A stretch of 64,000 nt of DNA from Desulfomonilia bacterium. GTDB lineage: Bacteria > Desulfobacterota > Desulfomonilia > UBA1062. The DNA is taken from assembly GCA_963664325.2 (NCBI GenBank), contig CAXXDQ010000006.1, positions 32,001 through 96,000 of the forward strand, read 5' to 3'. Positions 1 to 8,261 of this stretch are shown here, piece by piece. The notes below the pieces were generated by a model. The model did no database searches. It saw only the letters and a list, made by a program, of their open reading frames with translations, and had not been told where the DNA came from. Made by a program: the position numbers and the translations under genes. Each line of letters starts with the position of its first letter. Position 1 is the stretch's first letter.

Positions 1-2
1 GT

Positions 3-626
3 GTTACCGGCGATGAAAACGTCATCCTGGCCCTCAATGATGATCTGGTCAACAATGCTGCTTTTGTTGCCATCCAGGCAGGTCTTGTCAAGGATATAGA
101 CATCTCAGACCAGTTCAAAACAGAGCTTGGCAAACTCGCCAACTATAAGATGAAGGCCATTGCTAATCTTACCACTCCGCCCATTTGCGATTTTTCCGCC
201 AGTTCTCAGGGCGGGTCTTCAGATACGCTTGATGCCGGGAGGATAATTGTAAAAGATCTCAGAATAGACCTTTACAATGCATCCCTCATTCCTCCTTATC
301 CGCATGCAGCCCGTTGCAGTGTTGATGCGGATATAGCCCTGAAACTGAATATCAGTGATGATGGAAAACATATTCAAGCTTCAATTGATACCGAAAAAAG
401 TGTCATCAGCTCCATGACCCTCTATTCAAACCTGACCAGTGCCGCACTCCTGCCGAATATTGGCGGGAAAATCGCCAATGATGTCCTGAATAAACTCATA
501 GGAAAGATGATTAGCATCCAGATCAATTCCCTGGATCTTTTTGGCTCACAGATCGGCATATCGATTGAGGGTGGAGGGCTTCAGAACAACTGTTTAATAG
601 CAAAGATCCGCATTGAAAACATGTAA
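3..626 (+). CDS. 5'-truncated hypothetical protein, BPI/LBP (TULIP)-like C-terminal region; paralog of 8262..10844
   Basis: Frame of ORF 150..626 is open back to the window edge (VTGDENVILALNDDLVNNAAF...). Motif order matches the 866-aa lipoprotein. Confidence 0.7.
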   Translation, partial: VTGDENVILALNDDLVNNAAFVAIQAGLVKDIDISDQFKTELGKLANYKMKAIANLTTPPICDFSASSQGGSSDTLDAGRIIVKDLRIDLYNASLIPPYPHAARCSVDADIALKLNISDDGKHIQASIDTEKSVISSMTLYSNLTSAALLPNIGGKIANDVLNKLIGKMISIQINSLDLFGSQIGISIEGGGLQNNCLIAKIRIENM

Positions 627-633
627 AGTGTTA

Positions 634-660
634 TACCGGGGGACATGATGTCCCCCGGTA
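634..660. terminator. Perfect inverted repeat, probable (bidirectional) terminator
   Basis: TACCGGGGGACAT-G-ATGTCCCCCGGTA between convergent genes, 7 nt after the stop at 626. Confidence 0.65.
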
Positions 661-793
661 AGTTTCAATAAACATTTTACAAAGGCGCCAAATGGGCCAA
701 ATTCCTGACGTTCTTCTTCGAAAGTTTAAGGGTGCGTATGAACTACCCCTGATTCCTCATTTCAACATATATATTTAACGTTCTAAGCTTGTA

Positions 794-1504
794 TTATTTT
801 CTGTCCTTATCCTTGTCTTTACTCTTGTCCGTGCCTTTTCCTTTGCCCTGATTCTTTTCCTCTTTCCATTCCTTATTTTTGTTTTTGTTATATTTTTCCT
901 TCTGGTATTTCTCCTGCCTGATATCATAATCAATTGCCGCATAATCTTTGCCTGCTGATCTGTAGCGCATTATCTGTTCAGGTGCATAACCATGATGTTC
1001 CGAGATAAATCTCAGGTTTACCTGGTTTATGATATCGGCGTCACTGAGGCGGATTTTATACCAATCTTTGTGCGGATACTTTTTATAATAACCGTAAGCA
1101 TGTCCATATGGCGGCCCATAATGCTTTACCTTTACCGGTACATAATATATCTCCGGACTCAAGCCGTAGTGCAGAGTGATATCCATCCAGCTCATATTTC
1201 TCATTCGCAACGATACAATTACTTCAGGTTTGACATGGGCCCTTTGCGCCAGGAAAAATACCACAGGCATTTCATCCTCGGGTATGCCGCGCTTGTGAAT
1301 TACAACAACTTCATCATTCGGTACTTTGTAATATTCACCGATTGAGATATTGAAGCTTTCTATGCCCTGTTTCCCGCCAGATATGCCCACATTCCACTGT
1401 GTTTGAGCCAAAGACATCAGAGGGCAGGCCAGGATTGATAAAAGCACCAACAAAAAGATGATAAGAGTCTGCCGGTTGTGTAGTTGTTTCTTTGAATAAA
1501 GCAT
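794..1504 (-). CDS. Exported hypothetical protein with Lys-rich C-terminal tail
   Basis: 236-aa ORF; hydrophobic signal peptide ending SLA-Q; GGAGG RBS upstream; GPPYGHAYGYYKK motif. Confidence 0.8.
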   Translation of the reverse strand: MLYSKKQLHNRQTLIIFLLVLLSILACPLMSLAQTQWNVGISGGKQGIESFNISIGEYYKVPNDEVVVIHKRGIPEDEMPVVFFLAQRAHVKPEVIVSLRMRNMSWMDITLHYGLSPEIYYVPVKVKHYGPPYGHAYGYYKKYPHKDWYKIRLSDADIINQVNLRFISEHHGYAPEQIMRYRSAGKDYAAIDYDIRQEKYQKEKYNKNKNKEWKEEKNQGKGKGTDKSKDKDKDRK

Positions 1505-1705
1505 GATGAATCCTCCCGGGAGTAATTGTTATGGTAATTTTGAATATGCCACTATTTGATTTTGTTCACCATAAATATTTATCTTGTAAGCCAAAAAAAA
1601 TGAAATGTCTGGTCTCTCTACATTGACAGGATGGTATGAGTCTTAAAAGAATTGAGCTATACCAGCCTGACAAATATAAGGCTGAATTTTACAATGCCTG
1701 TGAAT

Positions 1706-1727
1706 GAAAATGATAATTATCGTTTTC
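1706..1727. promoter_or_regulatory. Fur/PerR-like palindromic operator upstream of hslO
   Basis: GAAAATGATAATTATCGTTTTC is a near-perfect palindrome; 14/19 match to the Fur box GATAATGATAATCATTATC. Confidence 0.4.
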
Positions 1728-1776
1728 CTTCAACATGGGATTGACATTGCCGGATATGAAACGGCATACCCATGTC

Positions 1777-2652
1777 ATGAAAGACTATCTGGTTCGCTCA
1801 ATATCAGAAGAATACAATGTCAGGGCAATCGCCTGCATTACAACCGGGGTTGTTTCAAAGGCGTGCGTCAGGCATGGAACATATCCGACTGCGTCGGCAG
1901 CGCTTGGGAGGGCACTGACAGGGGGACTGATTCTAGGAGCTTTGCTGGACTCCGGCCAGAGGGTGGCTCTGGCCTTTGACGGCAACGGGCCTCTTGGAAA
2001 GGTCATGGTCGAGGCAACAAGTTCAGGAGCAGTAAAAGGCTATGTGAAAAATCCACATATTGAGCTTGATTCAAAAAACGGAAAACTTGATGTGGCCGGA
2101 GCGGTCGGGACCGATGGCTTTCTTACCGTCACCAAGGACCTCGGGCTGAAGGAGACTTACAGGGGAATTGTCAGGCTTCTTTCCGGCGAAATTGCAACTG
2201 ATATTGCATATTATCTCACCGAAAGCGAACAGATACCCTCGGCAGTCGGGCTCGGGGTGTTTGTGGATAAAGACGATTCTATCACAGCTGCAGGAGGATT
2301 TCTGCTGCAGACCCTGCCTCCTTCGGATGATACTGTCATTGATGAGCTTATACACAGGATGCAGTCGATGCCTTCTGTAACCGAACAGCTCAGAAATGGT
2401 ATTTTGCCGGAGGGCATACTTGAAGCCATATTCGGTTCAATTACATTCAAGGTGCTGGAGAGGAAGTCTCTTTTCTACAGGTGCTCATGCAGCAGGGAAA
2501 GAATTGAGCAGGCGTTGATAACTCTGGGCAGTAAGGGTCTGGAATCTGTCCTTCATGACAACGAGGATATAGATATAAAATGCGAGTTTTGCCGCAGGAT
2601 ATATATTTTCAAGAAGGAAGAAATTATAAGGCTCCTTGATGAGATGCATTAG
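1777..2652 (+). CDS. hslO: Hsp33 redox-regulated chaperone
   Basis: PTASAALGRALT, SEQIPSAVGLGV, AAGGFLLQ and C-terminal CxCS...CEFC Zn motif. Start chosen at MKDYLVRS. Confidence 0.93.
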   Translation: MKDYLVRSISEEYNVRAIACITTGVVSKACVRHGTYPTASAALGRALTGGLILGALLDSGQRVALAFDGNGPLGKVMVEATSSGAVKGYVKNPHIELDSKNGKLDVAGAVGTDGFLTVTKDLGLKETYRGIVRLLSGEIATDIAYYLTESEQIPSAVGLGVFVDKDDSITAAGGFLLQTLPPSDDTVIDELIHRMQSMPSVTEQLRNGILPEGILEAIFGSITFKVLERKSLFYRCSCSRERIEQALITLGSKGLESVLHDNEDIDIKCEFCRRIYIFKKEEIIRLLDEMH

Positions 2653-2705
2653 CGGCATTGCATATATTTAATCTATAATTATTATCCATGAATAAGGGGA
2701 CGATT

Positions 2706-3269
2706 ATGAAACTGACTGATAGCGAAAAGGCCTTTCTTTTAAAACTTGCGCGCGAGACCATAAAAGCCCTGCTTCAGGGAAGGGGCATTGGGGATGTGAG
2801 CGTAGACAAAGCATCCATCACCAAAACATTGAAAGAAGAGCGTGGCGTGTTTGTCACACTCCATAAAGCTCATCATGAACTGAGGGGATGCATCGGCTAC
2901 ATACTGCCTATGCTTCCACTGTGGCAGGCCGTCATGGAAAACGCAAGAAATGCCGCTTTCAGAGATCCCAGGTTCTCGCCGCTCAAGAGGATGGAACTTG
3001 ACAGTATTGAGATTGAAATATCGGCACTGACCGTTCCAGCGGAAATCAAGGATATATCCGAATTCAGGATCGGCATTGACGGCATAATACTTAAAAAAGG
3101 CTTCCATCAGGCTGTATTCCTGCCGCAGGTTGCTCCTGAACAGGGATGGGATGCCGAGACCACACTCAATTACCTGAGCATGAAGGCGGGTCTATCTCCT
3201 GATGCATGGCGTGAAGGTGCAAGCTTCGAGACATTTCAGGCAGAGGTGTTCAGCGAAAGCAATGATTGA
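2706..3269 (+). CDS. amrA: AmmeMemoRadiSam system protein A (AMMECR1 domain)
   Basis: GVFVTL..LRGCIG, AAFRDPRF, FLPQVAPEQGWD, KAGL motifs. Confidence 0.9.
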   Translation: MKLTDSEKAFLLKLARETIKALLQGRGIGDVSVDKASITKTLKEERGVFVTLHKAHHELRGCIGYILPMLPLWQAVMENARNAAFRDPRFSPLKRMELDSIEIEISALTVPAEIKDISEFRIGIDGIILKKGFHQAVFLPQVAPEQGWDAETTLNYLSMKAGLSPDAWREGASFETFQAEVFSESND

Positions 3270-3290
3270 TAGGCAGTTCTTGAAGGAACG

Positions 3291-4286
3291 ATGAGATATA
3301 TCCCCATAAGCGAGTATAAAACAGGACCTGAATCATGCTTTGACCCAGTGACCTGGGAGGACGAGAAGAAACGCATCAAAAAAATTCTACCCCGGCTCTG
3401 GGGAAAAGTTCCACTAAGGCCTGAATCTTTCAGTGCCGAGCTTGTATCAGTTGAGAAAAAATCCTCATATGTGATTGAAAAGGTAAAGATTGCTGTAGAA
3501 AATTCAGGCCGTCTCGCACATGACCTCATGCCTTTGTATATCCTTTTACCGAATAAGCCTAAGGTTAAACCCTGCCCGGTGGTGATCGTGCATCATCAGC
3601 ATGCGGGGGCATTTAATTTGGGTGGGGCCGAACCCGCAGGGATAATGGGCAGCCCTGACCAGGCAATAGGAATGGAGCTTGCCGAAAGGGGATACATAGC
3701 TGTCTGTCCTGACGCTCTTTGTTTCGGTGAAAGGCAGGAGTCCTCTGAAATGTTTACCGCCATGTATCTTTTAATGACCGGCAGAACTCTTAATTTTAAA
3801 TATATCCTGGATACAAGCAGGCTTATTGATTACCTGGAAACAAGGAATGAGATCGATAGCAGCCGGATTGCAATTGCCGGACATTCCATGGGGGGGCAGA
3901 TGGCGGTATGGTGTGCCTCATATGAACCAAGAATAAAGGTGGTACTGTCTAACTGCGGACTGGCCAAGATTTCCGGCAACGATTCTGTGGTCTCGGATGG
4001 CATCATACATAATTTTGCATTTTACCTCCCAGGTATTATCAGCAAAAATATTGAAACAAAGGATATTGCAGGGTTTCTTTTTCCCAGGCCGGTATTTATT
4101 TCGGCGGGCATACAGGATGCGAAATTTCCTATTAATGGAGTTGCGGAAATACATACTTGGCTTGAGCAGCAGTATTCTCATTATGCCTTGCAGGAAAAAA
4201 TAATTACATTAAGACATGCTGGAGGCCATATGATGCCATATGAAACAAGGGTCAGTATGTATGATTTCCTTGATGCAAACCTTTGA
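3291..4286 (+). CDS. Alpha/beta hydrolase (dienelactone hydrolase / acetyl xylan esterase-like)
   Basis: GHSMGG nucleophile elbow, DALCFGER, C-terminal GGH His motif. Confidence 0.85.
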   Translation: MRYIPISEYKTGPESCFDPVTWEDEKKRIKKILPRLWGKVPLRPESFSAELVSVEKKSSYVIEKVKIAVENSGRLAHDLMPLYILLPNKPKVKPCPVVIVHHQHAGAFNLGGAEPAGIMGSPDQAIGMELAERGYIAVCPDALCFGERQESSEMFTAMYLLMTGRTLNFKYILDTSRLIDYLETRNEIDSSRIAIAGHSMGGQMAVWCASYEPRIKVVLSNCGLAKISGNDSVVSDGIIHNFAFYLPGIISKNIETKDIAGFLFPRPVFISAGIQDAKFPINGVAEIHTWLEQQYSHYALQEKIITLRHAGGHMMPYETRVSMYDFLDANL

Positions 4287-4398
4287 GGTCCTGTCACAAA
4301 GAATGCATTCAAATTTGTGTTAATATAATGACTTGTGTTGAGCGTCATTGACTGGGTGGTTTTCTTGGTTTAAATTGCCTGACTTGAAGGAGAAATAA

Positions 4399-5229
4399 TT
4401 GGAAGCAGATAAAAAACAGGAAGAAAACAATTTTTTTGAAAAGGTTAAAAATTTCCTGGCAAGAGACAGAAGAAAGAATGCCAGGAACGAACTCCATGAA
4501 ATTATTGATGAGGTGGAGGAAATAGGAATTATCAATGAAAGCCAGGGGGAGATGATTGAAAACATCATAGTTCTGAAGGATACCTTGGTAAGGGAGATTA
4601 TGGTTCCCAAAATGGATATGGTTTCAGTGGAGTCCTCCAGTCCGGTAACAGATGTGGTAAATGCGATCGCAAAAAGCGGCTATTCAACGATACCTGTTTA
4701 TGAAGGGTCTTCGGGAAACATAGTCGGGATAGTCCATGCCAAGGATATTCTTATTAAAATGGATCAGTGCCTGGATAAATCCTCTGTAACTGGCATTATG
4801 AGGCAGCCGTATTTTGTCCCGGAAAGTAAAAAACTTATTGATCTTATAAAGGAATTCAGGGAGCGCAGGTGTAAAATTGCCATTGTTATTGACGAATACG
4901 GGAATGTGGACGGACTGGCCACGCTTGAAGACATATTAAATGAAATTGTTGAAACCCAGAGTTCTGAAAACGAAATACAAGATACTGGTGACGGGTCTTA
5001 TATTGTTGATCCCAGGATGTCGATTGAAGAATTTATTGATGAATTTTCTTTAGACATGCCCAGAGGGGAATACGATACTGTTGGGGGATTCATAACCTCC
5101 ACACTCGAAAGAATACCTGAGCAGGGAGAAATATTCGAGTTCAACAACCTTGAGTTTGAGATAGCGGAAGCTGACAAAAAACGCATATCAAAGCTTATAT
5201 TAAAAAAACACCGGGAGATTAAAACTTGA
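4399..5229 (+). CDS. corC: CorC/HlyC CBS-domain Mg/Co efflux family protein
   Basis: VREIMVP, tandem CBS domains, IDEYG..GLATLEDI, YDTVGG CorC_HlyC domain; adjacent to lnt. Confidence 0.88.
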   Translation: MEADKKQEENNFFEKVKNFLARDRRKNARNELHEIIDEVEEIGIINESQGEMIENIIVLKDTLVREIMVPKMDMVSVESSSPVTDVVNAIAKSGYSTIPVYEGSSGNIVGIVHAKDILIKMDQCLDKSSVTGIMRQPYFVPESKKLIDLIKEFRERRCKIAIVIDEYGNVDGLATLEDILNEIVETQSSENEIQDTGDGSYIVDPRMSIEEFIDEFSLDMPRGEYDTVGGFITSTLERIPEQGEIFEFNNLEFEIAEADKKRISKLILKKHREIKT

Positions 5230-6698
5230 AGCGAATCATATTGGCCTGTTTATCAGGCCTGTTCTATTCACTGTCTTTCCCTTCATTCAACCTTTGGCCA
5301 TTTATATTTGTTTTTGCAGTGCCATTATTACTTGCTGCAGAGAATTCAAATGTTAAAGAATGTTTGGGGTTTGGCTTTTTGGCAGGACTTGTTGCCTGGG
5401 CCGGGAATCTTTACTGGGTGGCCTACATAATGGATATTTACGGCTTTATACCTTTGCCCCTGTGCGCCCTTATATTTTTACTGCTTATTTCTTACCTGGC
5501 CATTTATTTCGGTCTTTTTCTCATCTCGTGCAAATTTTTAATAAAATCCCCATTTTCAATAATAACCATTCCCGGGGTGTGGATTTTTCTGGAAATAATA
5601 AAATCATATGCATTTACAGGGTTCCCATGGTCTCTTGCCGGCTATGCTCTGGTTCCGTTCAACGCGATTGTACAGAATGCGGAATGGGGCGGTATATATG
5701 CACTTAGCGGACTTGCACTGACAGGCAATGTGGCTTTGTATAAGGCATTCAGGAGAGATTATATTCCGGCGATTTCTGGAATAGCAGTTATCGTCTGTTG
5801 TGTTGTTTGGGGGGGATGGCGCATGGACAGCCTGAAACTTGATGGCACAAACCTGAAAGTCGGAATCTGCCAGGCAAATATACCTCAGGTCCAGAAGTGG
5901 AGAAGGGATATGGTCAGTCCTACCATCGATATTTATAGAAGACTAAGCAGGGAGGCTGTATCTCAGGGTGCAGAAATTATAGTCTGGCCTGAAACGGCAT
6001 GTAATTTTTATCTGTTTCAGGAGTGGTCACCTACTGAGAGAATCATCGATATTTCAAAGGATACAGGTATACCTATGCTTGTCGGCAGCCCTGCCCTTGA
6101 AAACGATATGGTCTTTAACAGGGTATGGATGCTTGATAAAGGGCTGATCAGGGGATACTATGACAAGACACATCTAGTGCCTTTTGGAGAATACCTTCCG
6201 TTGCCTTGGCTTCTCGGTTTTCTTGGGAAACTTACGCAGGAAGTAAGCGATTTCTCCAATGCTGAAAAACTCGAACCTGTTGAAGATATTGGGACACTGG
6301 TTTGTTTTGAGAATGTGTTTCCGGAACTGGCTAGACGGCTTACCGCAAAAGGGGCTACCTGGCTCTTGACAGTATCAAATGATGCTTGGTTCCTTGACTG
6401 GTCAACATCGGAACAGCATTTGAAAACAGCAGTGATCAGGGCAATTGAAAACAGGCGCTACCTCATTATGCCGGTAAATCACGGGATATCTGCCGCTATA
6501 GATCCTTTTGGTAGAGTTATAAGCAGCCTGGGCCTCATGAAAGAGGGCTCTTTTACTGTAGAAATCAAAAAGCTCACATATAGAACTGTTTTCAGTAAAA
6601 TCGGGTTGCTGATAGGATGGATTTGGAGTTTTGCCGGTATAATAGCACTTGTCTGGGAGTTTTATAAAAAATACGACAGCCAAGTGTTTAAGGTTTGA
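5226..6698 (+). CDS. lnt: Apolipoprotein N-acyltransferase
   Basis: TM helices, TGFPW, QANI, WPETA, YDKTHLVPFGEY, VCFE, SNDAWF, RAIENRR. Confidence 0.95.
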   Translation: MKRIILACLSGLFYSLSFPSFNLWPFIFVFAVPLLLAAENSNVKECLGFGFLAGLVAWAGNLYWVAYIMDIYGFIPLPLCALIFLLLISYLAIYFGLFLISCKFLIKSPFSIITIPGVWIFLEIIKSYAFTGFPWSLAGYALVPFNAIVQNAEWGGIYALSGLALTGNVALYKAFRRDYIPAISGIAVIVCCVVWGGWRMDSLKLDGTNLKVGICQANIPQVQKWRRDMVSPTIDIYRRLSREAVSQGAEIIVWPETACNFYLFQEWSPTERIIDISKDTGIPMLVGSPALENDMVFNRVWMLDKGLIRGYYDKTHLVPFGEYLPLPWLLGFLGKLTQEVSDFSNAEKLEPVEDIGTLVCFENVFPELARRLTAKGATWLLTVSNDAWFLDWSTSEQHLKTAVIRAIENRRYLIMPVNHGISAAIDPFGRVISSLGLMKEGSFTVEIKKLTYRTVFSKIGLLIGWIWSFAGIIALVWEFYKKYDSQVFKV

Positions 6699-6790
6699 AG
6701 ACGGACGGAAAAATATCTGTTGAATTTTGATATTCCCTTTTGTATAAAACTCTTTCGCTTTTACTTCTTAAAGGGTAAGGGAGCATCATC

Positions 6791-8086
6791 ATGCCTAAGA
6801 TTAAGGCATTTAAAGGTATCAGGTACAATACCGGGACTGTAGAAATTACTTCAGCCATATGTCCCCCTTATGATGTGATTGCAGCATCACAGGTTGATGC
6901 CTATTATAATAAATCCCCTTACAATTCTATCAGACTGGTTCTCGGACAGCAGTTTCCAAAGGATACAAAGACAGATAATCGCTACACCAGGGCCAAGGAT
7001 TTTTATCTCGGATGGAAAAATAAAGGTGTTCTGATAAAGGATGAAAAACCTTCGGTATATTACCATGAGCAGACTTATACCATAGGAGACAAAACCTGCA
7101 CCAGAAAAGGGATTATTGCCGCAGTAAAAATGGATGAGAACGACAATTATGAAATTATGCCTCACGAATATACTCATAAAGGCCCCAAGATAGACCGCCT
7201 CAGGCTGATGATGGAAGTCAAGGCAAATCTGAGCTGTGTTTTCGGGATTTATACAGATAAAAACAAGCTTGTTGATACTGAAATAAAACCGTTGTTGAAA
7301 GAGATGCTCTGGGATTTTACTACAAACGAAGGTACACAGAAATTCTGGAAGATAGATTCACCGCAACAGATAAAGAAAATTGCGGGCATCCTTTCGGATA
7401 AGAAGATTCTTATTGCTGACGGTCACCACAGATATGACACGGCAAAGACATACAGGGACAGGATGAGGGCCACAACAGGTAAATCGGATGGCAACCAGCC
7501 ATTTGATTATGCATTATTCTATCTGAGCAATTCTGAAGACGGAGTATCTATCCTTCCTACACATAGGGTTATTGTTGACAGTATGGGAGTCGGCCTTGTT
7601 GATATAGAACACAGGGTTAAAGAACTTTTTAGGATTCTGCCTTTTGACAACAGGAAAGCATTTCTTGATTCACTAAAGAAAAATGGCAAGGGATATATGG
7701 GGCTAAGGGTGAAAGGTATTCCGAGATACTACATGCTTGAGCTCTCGGAAATGGAAGCGCTCGACAGGTTGATGCCTGACGACAGCCATCCCCTGCTCAA
7801 AACACTTGATGTCAACATCCTTCATACATGTATCATCGAGCCGATTGTAGGAATTGATTATTCGATGACTGCCAAAAGGATGGAATTTATAAGCAATGCA
7901 TCTGAGGCGCTTGAAATGGTCGAAAAAGAAAAGGCGGACATAGTATTTCTGCTTAACCCAAGTACGATTCAGGAAATTATGGCTATTGCTGAAGCAGGTT
8001 TGAGAATGCCGCAAAAATCGACATTCTTTTATCCTAAAATTCCTACAGGTCTTGTTTTTTATCCACTTGATGCGGGGACCAAGTAG
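6791..8086 (+). CDS. DUF1015 family protein
   Basis: PPYDVI, PHEYT, IADGHHRY, PTHR, MPQKSTFFYPK motifs. Confidence 0.9.
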   Translation: MPKIKAFKGIRYNTGTVEITSAICPPYDVIAASQVDAYYNKSPYNSIRLVLGQQFPKDTKTDNRYTRAKDFYLGWKNKGVLIKDEKPSVYYHEQTYTIGDKTCTRKGIIAAVKMDENDNYEIMPHEYTHKGPKIDRLRLMMEVKANLSCVFGIYTDKNKLVDTEIKPLLKEMLWDFTTNEGTQKFWKIDSPQQIKKIAGILSDKKILIADGHHRYDTAKTYRDRMRATTGKSDGNQPFDYALFYLSNSEDGVSILPTHRVIVDSMGVGLVDIEHRVKELFRILPFDNRKAFLDSLKKNGKGYMGLRVKGIPRYYMLELSEMEALDRLMPDDSHPLLKTLDVNILHTCIIEPIVGIDYSMTAKRMEFISNASEALEMVEKEKADIVFLLNPSTIQEIMAIAEAGLRMPQKSTFFYPKIPTGLVFYPLDAGTK

Positions 8087-8261
8087 AAGAAAAGATGTCA
8101 ATTATTAGGGAAAATAATTTCCTTTTGAAATGATAAAAAAAGGTTTATTATTTAATGAATCCATTAAATTCAATGCATTATAACATGGGGGGGTTGGTAT
8201 CTATATTGCTTAAACACTATTAAGTGTTAAGTATTTGTAAGTCGTGTCGAAGAGAAAATGT

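Noticed and set aside
634-660. Link between this hairpin and the 63017 repeat (shared GGGGGACAT)
   Set aside because: Only 9 bp shared; position fits an ordinary terminator
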